Under the pieces are notes generated by a model. The model did not search any database. It worked only from the letters and a program-made list of their open reading frames with translations, and was not told the origin of the DNA. From the NCBI RefSeq assembly GCF_963853765.1, contig NC_088855.1, forward strand, positions 17,484,001 to 17,548,000: a DNA stretch of 64,000 nt, read 5' to 3'. Below are positions 14,037 through 29,000 of this stretch, piece by piece. Source of the stretch: Magallana gigas (lineage: Eukaryota). The position numbers were made by a program, and so were the translations under genes. Each line of letters starts with the position of its first letter. Positions within the stretch are counted from its first letter, which is position 1.

Positions 14037-17000
14037 CTGAAAAAGAAGTGGAACACAGCTTTAAAAAAAACTGGATTATCTTTCTTACATTGTAACAAAT
14101 TATTTTTTATTGCAGCTTATTTTTGTTGATACTATATATGATTGATCGGTTTTTGTACAACTAGCAGGATTTTCTCTTTTTCCCCACTGTTATTTTGTTA
14201 CGTAAAACGTGGTTTAGAAGCCAAATATTTGTAGAGTCTTGATTTAAACAAGAGATGTTTGTGAAACCCTTGGAAACATAGATAGATAAACCTGCATACA
14301 AAATTTCATATCAATATGTGCACCCTCTGCGAAGAAAATGAGCGGAAACTGCAAATAACTCGAATTTTTCTAAGTCTAAGGGCCATAACTCTGTCGTAAA
14401 TCGCTCGATCGAACCCAATATCGAACTTGACCTAGATATCATTAAGATAAACCTGTATACCAAATTTCATTTCAATATGTTCATCCTCTGCGAAGAAAAT
14501 GAGCGGAACTGCAAATAACTCGAATTTTTCTAAGTCCAAGGGCCATAACTCTGTGGAAAATTGCTCGATCGAACACAATATCGAACTTGACCTAGATATC
14601 ATTAAGATAAACCTGTATACCAAATTTCATTTCAATATGTTTATCCTTTGCAAAGAAAATGAACGGAAACTGTTGGTGGACCGACCGACCGACAGACAGC
14701 GCACAAAGCAATATGCCCTCCCTTCTGCAAAGGGGGGCATAAAATAAGTAACTCAGGTCATCCAGAGCAATTAATTAACTTCTTGCTATAAAACTTTGGT
14801 TTGATGCATTTCTATGATAAGATGCTCATAAATTGTGACATTAAACCAGACCATTCCGGGGATTTTATGGGCGGGTCAAATATGCAAAATCGGTCGAAAT
14901 TTTCAAAAATCAATTTCTACACTCCCACAAACGTTGGGAAAAAACTAAATGCATGCTTATGATGTCCACTAAGCCCTCTTTCAATTTTTTTTAATTCATG
15001 GCCCCTTGGTCAGGGGTTAAGGCCCTACGGCGGGGCCAATGTTGCCAAATAGTTAAAATGTTTTAATCTTAGAAAATCTTCGATTACATAATGTCCTGTT
15101 CTAGTTGTGAATTTTTCTGCCAATAGTGCAGGGGTTGTGGCTATTTATTTATTTATTATTTTTTAGGGGAGGGTGACAAATATGGCAGTGAACACGTAAT
15201 TTTTCAAGCCTTGGGTCACTCGTGTAATCTTTTACCGTTTGTCATCTGTCAACAGTTTTATATTTTTACTCCATCTTGAAAAGCACAAGGTAAATTGTCA
15301 CTTGGCAACCAAAACTGAATATACATGTACAAGTATGTTCTGTTTTAAGACATCTACTTTCACTTTCATTTCCTGTGCATGTATGCCTGTAGAAATAAAC
15401 TGCATGCATGTTGCGTGCAGTATAAATGAAACTAATTATAAAAAAGGTTTGGACATTAAAGTTTGTAGATCTTTTTTCACCTATCGTTTACAATATTTAG
15501 GCCCTGAATGAGCTAGAATAAAGATACCGAGATTCCTATGCCTCTTGTCTCCTCCTTTTATGAATCAATTTTATTAAAATATCAAATAATGAAAGCGGGA
15601 TTAACAGTCAGAGGAGTCTTGGATTAGGATTCAGACTACAAAAAAGCTTAAAATGCAAATATGACACACACCATAAGGTCCATCTAAGAGCTATTCCACT
15701 CGTTATTGTCAAGGCTGGTAGGTTTCTTGTTTTTGCAATTATTTTCGAAATAAAACATTTACAAGATTTGTTATCGTAAAAAATAAACAAAATAACAATG
15801 TCCAAAATACTTACCCATCTTTTAAACGACGCTAAATCAAACACACCCACTAACAATAGAAGACTGGGCCAGATTAAAACGAGGATTACTGTGAGTATTG
15901 GAGACAGGCCATTGGCCAGCATGCGTGATGTCCGCATAGAGTTGTGCACCTCTTCATAAGATGGCCGGTTATCCAGTTGATGTGCAGCACGTAAGTTAAG
16001 GTCCCTTGAAACATGAAAAAACGTTTCCATTTTTCAGTTCGCATTTATTTGTTTAATCACGATTATATAACACAAATGTTTCTGATTAAAAAAAATCCAG
16101 GTACATGTAAGAAAGATAACTCTGAAATTTAAAACAATAATTCATCGTGCACCTTTCTATGTTTCAAAAGAATGATAAGATTAATCTCGCGCCTTATTTT
16201 AGGCTTCGTTAACATGTAACATTTCATACAGTACCGATCAGACCCAACCTAACACCAGAGTAAACCCCAACTAGACCTCGGGTTTACTTTCTGGGTTTAC
16301 TTGGGGTTTACTCTGGGTTAACCTTTTGAAGATTTAGGGCCACTCGGGGTTTACTTTGGGTTTACTTGGAAATTGCTTTTGAGGTCAACTGTACGCATTT
16401 CAGTGTGAAGCAGATCCATCTTTTATCTTACCGTCCTACTGCCTGTTATGCATGCCCCTTGTATATTCCGAATACACAGTTAGCGTCTGCTTTCAGGGGT
16501 ATACTTCTGAACGGGTTAACTCTCTGTGTCAACTCTGGGTTTACTTTGGGTTTACTCTGGGTCCACTCTAGTAAACCCGGAGTAAACCCAGGGTTTAGTT
16601 GGGGTTTACTTTCTGTTAGGTTGGATCTGATCGGTACTGTATAAGGTTTTCAAAAGTCGATATATAATTGAGTAAGAACATATCAATATCGTAATTGGTA
16701 TAGAGGGTATCTTACTTTGCGTAGCGTTCTGTCCAGGGATTTAGTGGATTGTCTATATCTCTGGTGTTCTCCCATATGTCGTCTCTGTTATGATCATGGG
16801 GTGTCGTCAGTATACTCACAGCTGGAGTTATAATCCCACTGGACAAAATCCCCATCAGATTCCCGGCTAACATTGCGTTTTCTTTACCTATATCAATTAT
16901 TAAACTATGAGTAAAATGAAAAAATAAGTGTTACTTGGGGCGTTTCAAAATGTGGGTACGAAAATCCTCAGATACAATGGAAAGTACTGAGAATTTTCTG

Positions 17001-20000
17001 GGGTGTGGTATAAAAACTGATTTTTTAAAAGTTCTTCAATATATTTTTACTCTTATTAAATTGCAATATTCAGAAGTCAATTAGTTAACAGATGAACAGA
17101 AAAAATATAGGTCATCGACCTAAATTCTTTGAGGGGTTGTGTCAAAGTTCACTGCATGGTTCATTTTTCTTCAGAAATATAATTGAAAAGGGTCATTATT
17201 AATTATTGCCTAACGTTACATTAACTGTTATATATAAAAAATATGGTTAGGTTAAGGTATAAATTCAATATCTACCAGATTATAAGACTATTATGCCTTT
17301 GGACATTTTAAGATTTATAAACCGTTCAAATATAACAGAATTGTCGCAAACAGAGGAAATTCGTACTATTTTTTTATTCTTAATTTTTGCTCCAATAAAA
17401 ATATTTTGGCATCACAAATTATGTTTAGTAGAAAAAAAACTTTATTTTTTTTCTCTGATTCTAATACGTAATTACCACAGTCATATTCATGATATCATAT
17501 GCGCGGATTTTCGCGCAGAGGTGCGAAATCTTGAATTGGGTCCGTCGTCCATAAGGGGACAAGGTGGTCGTGGTCATTTTAGTCTTAATAAATTAATTTC
17601 CTTACAAAGAAGAACTCTCTATATAGGAAAATATTCAAATTTGAAAGCTAAAAGATATAGATTTTTTTCTTAAATGAAAGTTTGTAGCTAAACAAATTAT
17701 TTCTATAAAATAAGAAATATCTAATGGTTAATTTGTTGAACATCCATGATCCCCTTTGAAAGGTTTTGACATTGTGCATTTCTGCATGTTTTCATCTGTG
17801 TAAATTTATTAATAATGTGATCTCCTTTTTCCAAACAAATAACATTGAAAGTTCTGCAAGTTTCAATGTACTCAATGATAGTAGTTCAAATTATCCAACA
17901 GATTTAGTATTTTCTTAAAATTTAGAAAGGTTTTTTTTAAAATTTCATTTCTAATGATCACCTGTATTTTCAAAGAACTTGTCCATATTAAGACCACCCT
18001 CGTTAGTAGCTGCAACCGATAACCACGTGATCAGTGCTAGGAATGTGCCAGAGACTGCTCCTGCTATCATTCCATTGCCGGTGACTCTCTCCCAGCACAT
18101 GCAGAGCGTGATGGGAATCACAGCAGAGCCAATCAGTATACCCATGAACAGGTACACCCATCCAAGACTCAACTATTGGGAAACAACGATAAGAGAACCG
18201 TTCATTATTACCAGAGTTGGCTCGAATAGTGGGGTCTCGCCGAAAAAGAACGTTTCACTGTATAGAACGATGCTTTGATTATTTTTTCTGAATAAATGTT
18301 AGTTACATATATAACTCCAGTGATTATTGCGGAGAAGAACATTGTAAATGGTTTTATTTCAGTAAAACAGAAACGAAAAATAATTATTGTTGGAAAACTT
18401 ACCTAAGTCGATTAACACAATATTGTAATTATATATCATAGACAGGCTTCATTTTCCTCTTACATTTACATTGAAATAATAATACTTCTAAGAGTACTAA
18501 TATAAAAAAGAGTACTAATACTAGTTGAGAAGTTAAGCCAGTCGATTCGATTCGATTCGAACAGAAAACTAATGATGAAAAATGATTTAATTTAAATTTG
18601 CATGTAGGATGCAGTAGTGACAGACACCCACCCCTAGTAAATTGAGTGCTATGGTGAGAGGTAGAATAGCCAGTATACTCCACAGTAGACACCAGTTCTT
18701 TAGCTGACTGAGGTAGTCACAGTATTCCCGGAAAGATCCGTGGGTGACGCATCTGTACTTTGGTTTGATGGCCTTCTTGCATATCTCACGCTCTCTGAAA
18801 AAAGAATCAACCCGTGAAAGCTCCGATTGAGTTCAAAATTCGATCGACCTCAAACATTCTTATGACATTTTATATAACACAGTATCCTTTTCAAATCTTT
18901 TATATCTTTATAAAATAGTTGAAACTGCTACGTGACCAAAAATATTAGAGTATGAAAGATGATAATATGCTACACTCTAAAAAAAAGTTTTTACTTAGTA
19001 ATGATGTTTTACTTGAAATCATACTGAGTAAAAAGTTATTACTTAACATTAACTTACTTTAAAACAATTACTTAATATATCATGTCAATTACTAGATCAA
19101 AATATTTTACTTACATTTACTTAATATGTAGAAATCTAAATAAGTAATTCCGTTTTACTGATAATTTTGTGAACAGGATAATCATTTACTTAAAAGTAAA
19201 GTGTATTAGTTATCAAGAAGCAAATTACATATATTTTTATATCAGATAGACTAATAATTTGAAATAACAATGTTTTAAACACATTTTTTACATTACATCA
19301 AAAGTTTTATCAAAAATTGATAATAGATATCACATAGAATACAAGTGGCAAACAATATGTCTCCAGTGGAATAAAAAGTGTCAACACATAACGATTTACC
19401 GACCAATTTCCAATTCATTTAAAAACCTTTTCCCTTTTCGTTAATAAAAATGATACATAATACATAAAGATTATTATTTATTGTTCATATTTTTAATAGT
19501 TTCGTGCAGGATCAATATTCAGTCATTAATTATTGTCATGATGTTTATGATTGATAAGATCGACCTTTGCGAGTTTATGAGCACTGTTTTTGCATCATCA
19601 TTTATTTCTCTGACATCCAGAAATGCAAACTGGCAGTATGAAGCCGCCAGTAAACTTAAGAGTTCAGTTGACATTAAAATCTATTTGCTTTTTCATAAAA
19701 TATAAGAAAAACTGTTCCGATAATTTTTGGTCTTTAAAGGGATTTGGACACGATTTGAGATCAAAATTTAATTTTTTACTTTTTATGTTTAAAATTGTTA
19801 ACTTGTGTATTTTAAATGATTGAGCAAAATTTGAATGTTAGAAAATAAGTTACAAGCGAGATATAGAGGTTAGAAATCATTATTATGTACACAAAGCTCG
19901 AGTCCTTTATTTGTTTACAAATATGCCGGTACAAAACAAAATTCTATTTCTTTGATTAAATGATTCATGCCAAACAAGATAAAGTGATTGATTGTGTGCA

Positions 20001-23000
20001 TGAAGAATACTAACTACAAAAAAGCAACTTTTGATTGAAACTAATTCCAATACCACATATCTGTAAACAATAACAAGAATAAAGCTTTGTTTACAAAAGA
20101 ATTTTGAACTCTGTATTTTGCTTGTAACTCAATATTTAACTTTCAAATTTTGATGAATCAATATAAATAACCATATTAACCATTCTAGATGCAAAAAAGG
20201 AAAAATAAAACTGTTCATAAAAAATTGTTTCAACGAAAGAAAGCACCATTTAATTGAAACGTATACCAGTACAACACATATATATGTAAACAATAACAAG
20301 ACGAGCTCTGTTTACAAAACAAATAATTTCAAACTCTGTATCTCCGATATCAATTGTACCCAAAAGACTGAGAAAAAAAAGAACGGACTTTTCAGAAATG
20401 AAATATGAATGTTTTGAGAAGAGATGTCTTATCAGAATTTACAAAGTCACTGCGATAAAAATACACAGAGAGACCTTTAACTCTGACAAAAAGAAATAAC
20501 TCAGTTATGCATTCTTCAGACTAAACAAAATAGATTTTGGATTAATTTCTAGGAATAATATACATTGTTTTATAGTTTTGAATTTCAGTGTTGGTTAGAA
20601 ACATTTCTTTACGTTTTCCATTCGCGACTAATCTAGATACGAATAAGTTTGTTTTTTCTTAGCCGCAGCATACTTCCGTTTAGTGCCAAAAGTGAAAAGA
20701 TGGAAAGTTTTGAAAACTTCAGTGCAAAGAAAGTTGTAAAATGGTTGAAGGAAAGGAGTGTACAGTGCAAAGAAAGATGTAAAATGGTTGAAGGAAAGGA
20801 GTGTACCGGAGGAATTACAAGTGATTCAAAAAAGATTGTACCGTAAATTCACTTCGCAACATTAATTCTTGATACTTAGGGTTTTTTGAAGATCTAAATA
20901 TTATGCTTTATTTGTTGTCCGTCTGTCTTGCGGCAACATAGATACTCTGTCAACTGTTAACATACGGAAGAGGACAATCAAAGAATCAAACTGTTCCATC
21001 GTAACTCCAAATACCAAGCACTGCCATTTCAAAACCTGTAACTCTTTATCGTTACTTCGGATAAACATGCATATTTTGTAATTTCACAGAAGGTGAGCTT
21101 CATTTTTAGCTTCGATTATAACCTCTATTTGCGGTTAACAGTTCTGTCGTCTTTGTGTCTTCTTGATGTTGTTAAATTGATGTTTTCCCCAGGTTTAGAC
21201 TAATAGAACGCATAAAATGCATACGATTGTAAGCTTTTCATGTTTACGAGGGTCAATCCAAAAATACGAAGACTTTTGTCATAGCTTTGTTACTTAACGT
21301 CATATCATTACCAAATTTGGTAGACATAATTTAGCAATTGTTTCAAACAATTTTCAAGGAAAAAAGTTAATAAGTTTCTTTATTTCAAAGAATTATTTAG
21401 AATGTAATCCTGCAAAAATGAGGTAACGGCACACGGTCAAAATTTGTGTTATGTCAACACCATATAATGGTTGAAAGTAATATCAATAATATAAATTGGG
21501 CTTAAAACCAAAAAATATTGAAACTTCAAATTTAGTATAATCATGGTATTCTTTGTACCAAATAATGACGGGATATATTGTTTTGTCGAACAGATATTAG
21601 TCACTAAAGTCAGATAGTCCTCTTTTGAATTGACTAAAAACATCGACGTCGCCGGACGTTACGGCGAAACGAGAAGTACAAATAAAATGGATTTAACTCA
21701 GGAAAAAGCCGGTACAAGCTGTGAAAATGCTCAATGGTGCCAAAAATAAGTCAACAATCATTTGCAAGTTTGTGTTTAACTGTAATAAATTCTGCGGGGG
21801 TGGTAGTCAATGTATTTTGAATATAGAACAGTCCGAAAGAGAGTTCAATATCTGGTCAAAAAAGAAATAACGTCAACCGACGTTCAGGGTTATCCTTACT
21901 GTAAACTAAGAGATACATGGTTAGAAAATGAAAACTTTGAAGAACTAACTTATGATTCTCGAACAAATGACTGCAAATAAGATGTTTAGTGGTTCAGTGC
22001 CATTTTAAATTGTACAAAATGTAAGTAGAAAGGCACAAGATATGATAAGATAAGCATGATATAAAGATGGGGTAATATCTATAAACTGTGCGTGTTTAAT
22101 CTTGACATCATGTTTTGAACGTTACCGTGCGCCGTTGTGATGAAACATGTTGTTTTTAAAAAGGGGTAACAAAAATACCGTTTCATCAAATGGACTAAAA
22201 CTTCGCATATCAATAACATAAGTGTTGGTGCACAGATTCATATGTTAAGTATGACTTTCGTGAAAAATATATGATAGACAGCCACATTGTCTTCGTATTT
22301 TTGATTGACCCTCGTAGATATAGAGTACTCGATTGACTGTTTACCTATTATGATTCAAAACCAAACCTATAACAGGTATTTTTGATACTTAACCGACGTC
22401 CCAACCCTAATATTAGGCTGTCACGGTATCACATCTTTAAAAGGTAAAATAATTTCATACAATATTTCTTCTGATCACTTTAAAAAATGTTTTACTTTGT
22501 AATGATTTTTTACTTGAAATTACACTTATAAGTAAAAGGTTATTACTTAACATTTACTTACAAATTTAAAACAATTGTTAAATCATGTCAATTACTAGAT
22601 CAGAATATTTAACTTACATTTACTTAATATGTAGAACTCTTTTACTAAGTAATTTCGTTTTACTGATAGTTTTGTGAAAAGGAATAATCATTAAAATTTT
22701 ACTTAAAGCAGAAAATGATTTAATAAAAGTTAACTGAGAGAGAGAGAGAGAGCACTTTATTAATTAAGAAAAGTGTGTTGGTTATCAAGAAGCAAATTAC
22801 AAATATTTTATATCAAATAATCTTATAAAAAATATCACATAGAATACAAGTGGCAAACAATATGTCTCCAGTGGAATAAAAAGCGTTAAACATCACGATT
22901 TACCGACCAATTCCCAATTCATTTAAAAACCTTTTCCCTTTTCGTGATTAAAAAATGATACATAATACATAAAGTTTATTATTTATTGTTCATATTTCTA

Positions 23001-26000
23001 ATAGTTTCGTGCAAGATCATAATTCATTCAATAATTATTGTCATGATGTTTATGATTGATAAGATCGACCTTTAGGAGTTTATGAGCACTGTTTTACATC
23101 CTTTCATAAAATATTAGAAAAACTGTTCAGATAATTTTTGGTCTTGAAAAGGACTTGGACGCGATTTGAGATCAAAATTTTATTTTTATTTTTTTATGTT
23201 TAAAAATTGTTTACTTTTTTGAATGATTGAGCCAAATTTGAATGTTAGAAATCAAGTTACGAGCGAGATACAGAGGTTAGTATATAAATATTGCCTGTTT
23301 GGGAGGGTAACTGTTGAAATTGACACCCCGAGACAACCATTGTCAACCGACGCGAAGGACAGTACAAAAAAATTCTATTCCTTTGAATAAATGATTCATG
23401 CCAAACAAGATAAAGTGATTGATTGTGTTCATGAATGATACTAACAACAAAAAAGCAACATTTGATTTGAACTAATTCCAATACCACAATCATATATGTA
23501 AACAAAAACAAGACTAAAGCTTTGTTTACAAACCAAAGAATTTTGAACTTTGTATTTTGCTTGTAACTCAATATTTAACTTTAAAATTTTGTTGAATCAA
23601 TATAAATACCCATATTAACCATTTTAGATGCAAAAAAAGGAAAAATAAAACTTGAAAACTGTGAGCTCAAATCGTGTCCAAGTTCCCCTAAAATAAAACG
23701 ATAAATAGAGAGAACAATGTTATAGAAAAAAACCCTGTATTTGTCATTTGTCATATACATTTTTAATGTCATTGTACAATATACATTACAAATTAAAGTA
23801 TTTAAAATGTAATTATCCATATGGTCTATACACGATTTGAGATGAAATTTTTTTTTTATATTTTCATGTATAAAATGGTTTACTTGTGCATTTTGAATGA
23901 TCAACAAAAAGTGAATGTTAGTAATGAATGAGATAAGAATGAATTTTTGTGAAACAAAGCTCGACACTTATATATGTGTACAAATAATGTGTAATAAAGA
24001 AATTACATTTGTGTACAAATTGACCACTGGCCAACATGAGAAAGTGATTCAATGTGTTCATACAAATTTTATCAACATAAGAAAGCATCATTTAATTGAA
24101 ACTATACCAGTACAACACATATATATGTAAACAATAACAAGACGAGCTCTGTTTACAAAACAAATAATTTCAAACTCTGTATCTCCGATATCGATTGTAC
24201 CCAAAAGACAGAGAGAAAAAAAGAGCGGACTTTTCAGAAATGAAATATGAATGTTTTGAGAAGATATGTCTTATCAGAATAAAAAGTCACTGTTCTATGA
24301 TTTTGAATTTCTGTGTTGGTTAGAAACATTTCTTTACGTTTTCCGTGCGCGACTTATCTAGATACGAAATAGTTTGTTTTTTCTTCGCCGCAGCATACTT
24401 CCGTTTAGCGCCAAAAGTGAAAACTTTAGTGCAAAGAAAGTTGTAAAATGGTTGAAGGAAATGAGTGTACCGGAGGAATTACAAGTTCTGATTGCAGGTA
24501 TATTAATCAGATGGAAACATATTTTGAAAGAACATGGTATATTGATAACCTGGAAACATCAACAATACTCTGTATATTATTTTTCTATAAATTTGTGACC
24601 AAAAATATTAGTGTATGAAAGATGATAATATGCTAAATGTTTTTGTTCTTGCTTCAGGACTTAATTCTAATGTTTCATTCCACCTGAGATAACTAAATTC
24701 AAAAAAAGATTGTACCGTTAATTCACTTCGCAACATTAATTCTTGATACTTAGGGTTTTTTGAAGATCTAAATGTTATGCTTTATTTATTGTCCGTCTGT
24801 CTTGCGGCAGCATATATACTCTGTCAACTGTTAACATACGGAAGAGGACAATCAAAGAATCAAACTGTTCAATCGTAATTCCAAATACCAAGCACTGCCA
24901 TTTCAAAACCTGTAACTCTTAATCCTTACTTCGGGTATACATGTTTATTTTGTTGTCAATTTTCTAATTGCACGGAAGAAGGTGAGCTTCATTTTTTGCT
25001 TCAGTTTTAACTTCTATTTGCGATGAATAGTTTTGTTGGCTTTGTGTGTTCTTGGGGATGTTAAATTGATGTTTCCCCAGGTTTAGACTAATAGAACGCA
25101 TAAAATGCATATGATCACAAGATTTTAATGCATAAACATAAAGTACTCGATGGACTGCTTATCGATTATGATTTCAAACCAGACCTATATCAGGCATTTT
25201 TCATACTTAACCGACATCCTAGCCCTTTTATTAAGTTTCCACGGTATCGCATCTTTAAAAGGTAAAATAATTTCACGCAATATTTCTTCTGACTGGATTT
25301 AAAAGAAAACAAGTCATTTGATCTATTTTGCGATCAGCAGTAAATATTTTTATCTTTCTTACTTTATTGTGTTCAATTCTTTGATAAGTTAATGAAAGAA
25401 CACAAAGAGTCTCGTTTCTTTTCAAGTGTTTAGGAAAAAGGTGACTGTGTGAAATAAAAACGACTCGGTTTGTGGAGGGTTACATTTCCGAAAGAGGCAT
25501 TTATAATGATCATACTAAAATTGATAAAGCTTTATACGATGTGTTCTGTTTTTAAAAGTGTTTTTTTCTTTAACAGTGCCTCATAACTTACTTATCGTCT
25601 TCAGTACATGCATTACAGAACGTCATGCTCTCACATTTACATCGGTCACGTGGGTTTGCCATACGTCCCCTGCTACGGCCACAAAGAATACAGCTATTGG
25701 CGTCAGTAACTAGTCGATAGGGCTGAAAAAATGATTGATTGTTGATGTTCATCACTGAGTAGACACAATCATTCTCAGATTCTATTTATTTATTGCATCC
25801 ATATATTAGATTTTGAATAGTTTACGTTCATTCAATAACCTTTAGATATAACTGGTAAACATCGTAAACCAATATGGACGACACGGCCATGACCTCTGCT
25901 GAACCCGTTGACGTCACAGCCATTAGGATCATGATGATGATGATGAACTCTCCAGTGCGTCCTAGTAGTTTTTGAGCGACTACAACAGGAACTAGTCCTA

Positions 26001-29000
26001 CAAATATGAATCAAAATCAGAATCAGATAATCAACTCCAACATAAAGAGCATACAATATTAAAACAAAACTCAAACACTATATGAAAGAATAATCTGCAT
26101 TCAAAGATGCTCTTAATGAATCATTGCGTATTTTGGTGGACGCTGATTTTAAATGCAAGCAAAACGTCAAAATATATCTTTGATCAGTGTCATTTTGACT
26201 TTTTTATAGATTTGGTCGAAAATTATCAGTGTAAGCTCTACAATTAAAAGAAAAGGGAGAGTAACATATTTCTTATCAACAAATTAAAGTGTACCAACAG
26301 TGGTAATAAAACTAGATTCATTCTTCGATAATTAAGGACTTGCTATTGCACTTTTCCATCCTTAATATTTTTACTTTAAATAATAGAGACTATATAATAC
26401 AGTGCATTCTCCTAAACATAGTAGAATTCAGTTAAGGTTCAATTTTGCAAGCAGAAGCAATAAAAGAAATGAAATACAACAGATAAAGAGACATTTCATA
26501 ATTGTAATCATTAATTTAGGATTTCCTTTCCAGTAGGAAAATCCATTACCTTGATAGTTAATTCACCTCAAAGCAGAATAAATCAATGCATATCAAAATC
26601 AATTTTCAATAAATGATGGAGCATCGTCCACTTCACTAAAGAAACAGGGCGCGCTTGATTGTATTTAGAATAGTCAATTGTAGCCTAGACAGCTTACAGT
26701 GTCAGCAACCTATACATTTAGTGGTATCTTGTCTCTTTTACCTATTTGAACTGCATGTATTTCTCTTCAAATCCAACTACATACAGTTATTGTCTCGTTT
26801 ACTTCTGAAAACAAGAGTTTTTGACAATGTTTGATATTAACTGGTTTTACATTTTATATAATGCAAAACAGAATAAAGGTTTCGACGCAATTGATGAATG
26901 CATATCACTCATCACGATGATAATGAAATTAACATTTCCTATTTATGTATAAGAACCTTTTCTAAAATTAACCAATTACATAAATTATGCAAAAAACAAA
27001 AAAATAAAAACAAAACACCAAAAAAAAACCAACCAAAAATTGACTTGTCTTTCAATTCGGGCAAACTTAAAACTAGAGAAATGTTTTGTTCGGTGTAACA
27101 AAATGAAATCAATTTCAGAGAGTTTTATGAACTTCTGCAAGAACATTATATTTGGAGCCAAAATTAACGACGTCATATACGATTTTGATATTCAAAAGCT
27201 TATTTTAAATCTAACAGTTATTAGCTTATATATTTAATTCTGCCTAATATATCAAAATTCAGCCAAAAGGTAATTAAAACTTTCACTTTTACTTTAAAAA
27301 ATGTTCATCATCCTCTTAATTTAATTTTTTTTTCATGTTTAAATTATATATACGTTTCATGTATGTCTTGATACAATGACAATGAGAAGAATGATACATG
27401 TAGATAAATGTTCTATGCCAATATCTTCGTGTTTCAAAGCTAATGCTCATTTAAATTGAAACTTTCCCGTCCGAACAACAAGGTCACCGATTTCCGCCTG
27501 ATCTGACAAGAAGCAAAAAGCTAATGGTAAATTCAGTTGGATCATGTCCGATTTGAAGTAGCCAATGAAATTGATTCCAGATTGACGTCCTTCTGGAATC
27601 GCACAAAACCTGATTGCGACAAAGATATGGGCGATCTTTCTTAAAAGGAAAAGTTCATTCTGTTTCGATCAATTAAAAATTGTTCCTTCTAAAATACAGT
27701 ACTTTACCTGCATCTACATCTGTTTCACTCAAAAGGGCTTGGTTTTGGTTGGCGCTGAGGGCTATGTAAGCTAGGGAAGTAGTCGTAGCAAGACCAAACG
27801 GTATAGCAAACCAACAGAGACCACCCACCAGGAACCCTACCACACCTTGCTTAGGTTTGGCTGCAACGCTGCTTTGCCAATATGACTGATCCACAAATAT
27901 AGTGCCAAAATTGCCTGAAACAGAGAAAAATTGTATAAACTATGAACTTTTGTGAGGCTTCTGTTCCGTTTTGTTTGTTATTGAAATTGAATTAAAAAGG
28001 ACGTATGTTTGATTCAATTTGTGCATTCTTTTAAAAGAATTACAATTCTTGACTTCGTACCAACTATATTGATCACTCCAAACATCAGACCTTGCTTTGA
28101 CTGAATGGTTAGAAAGCTGTTTTTATAATTGTCATCTGGTCCTTTGCTGCAAGACACTAATGTATAAACTTTGTCAACCGTGCCTGAAATACAAACAGCG
28201 GGATTTCTTATTCTTTTTGAGTTTGAATGACTTTTCAACATGCCTAATTAAACAATTGCCTATTATTCATCATAAGTACACGCATGTTATCCTAAAGGGT
28301 AAATCGCTGAAAATAGAACTAGCTAATAAAGAGTTACCTCCGAGGTTGGTTTCTAAATGCATTACCTAGAGTTCTTGTACTTGAATCGTCATTGAAAACG
28401 TTCATGACAAAGATCATCATTAAGATGTATATGATGCCTGTGTTGAAGTACGAGACATAGAACGTTGCACCCAGTCCTCCGATGAAAGTATACGCTCCAA
28501 TCACGGTTGTTACTAGCAGCGTTGCGTATTCCACACTGATGTCCTGAACGAGACTCTTCATTACTGCAGCGCCACCTAGCATTGAGTTGAAATAATATTA
28601 GAATTATTAGTTCATTATATTTTTTTGGGATAAAATTTACAATTCATTATTATGTCTAATCGGGTTTGAACCCTGTGCTCGATAAGTTTGCCTAATGACC
28701 CCAAGGATTCAAGTTTCAAAGAAATTTAGTTCGTCTTTATTTGAGTTTGCTTTCACAATAACAAAATGAACTATTTTTGTTTCTTAAATGAACTCCATAT
28801 AAAGGTTTGAACAAACTTAAATCCACTGTACATACATCAATAACTTTTGGTCACCCAAGTCGCCCGTTAACAATTTTACAATTTGTTTGCTTCTTAAAAA
28901 ACTACAAGATCAATTGTTATACTATTTTGTTTGAAGCATCTACAGGATAAGAGATATCTAAATTGTGTTCTTTATTACCTTTTCACGCCTCAAAGGCACA

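Larger units (their letters stand above)
18971..25295 (+). repeat. Tandem duplication of a ~3-kb unit (18971-22476 and 22477-25295) filling DUR3 intron 8
   Basis: Colinear matching blocks, e.g. 19200/22772, 19320/22830, 20240/24080, 20830/24700 and 22320/25140; both copies start CACT(C/T)TAAAAAA followed by TTACTT repeats. Confidence 0.85.

Noticed and set aside
14432-14747. ORFs at 14432-14747 and 48854-49454
   Set aside because: They lie inside family B Helentron repeats and are non-coding.
17979-18278. Plus-strand ORFs over exons (also 13843-14040, 53230-53442, 56294-56485, 56794-57084, 58072-58419, 58846-59173)
   Set aside because: Antisense shadows of DUR3 or CAP exons.
25832-26074. 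ORF with a poly-His run (HHHHH)
   Set aside because: It is a shifted frame of DUR3 exon 7; (ATC)n encodes IIII in the true frame.
28337-28365. Alternative exon 4 donor (AG|GTAACT)
   Set aside because: Adds 29 nt and breaks frame with exon 5; the 28366 donor fits.
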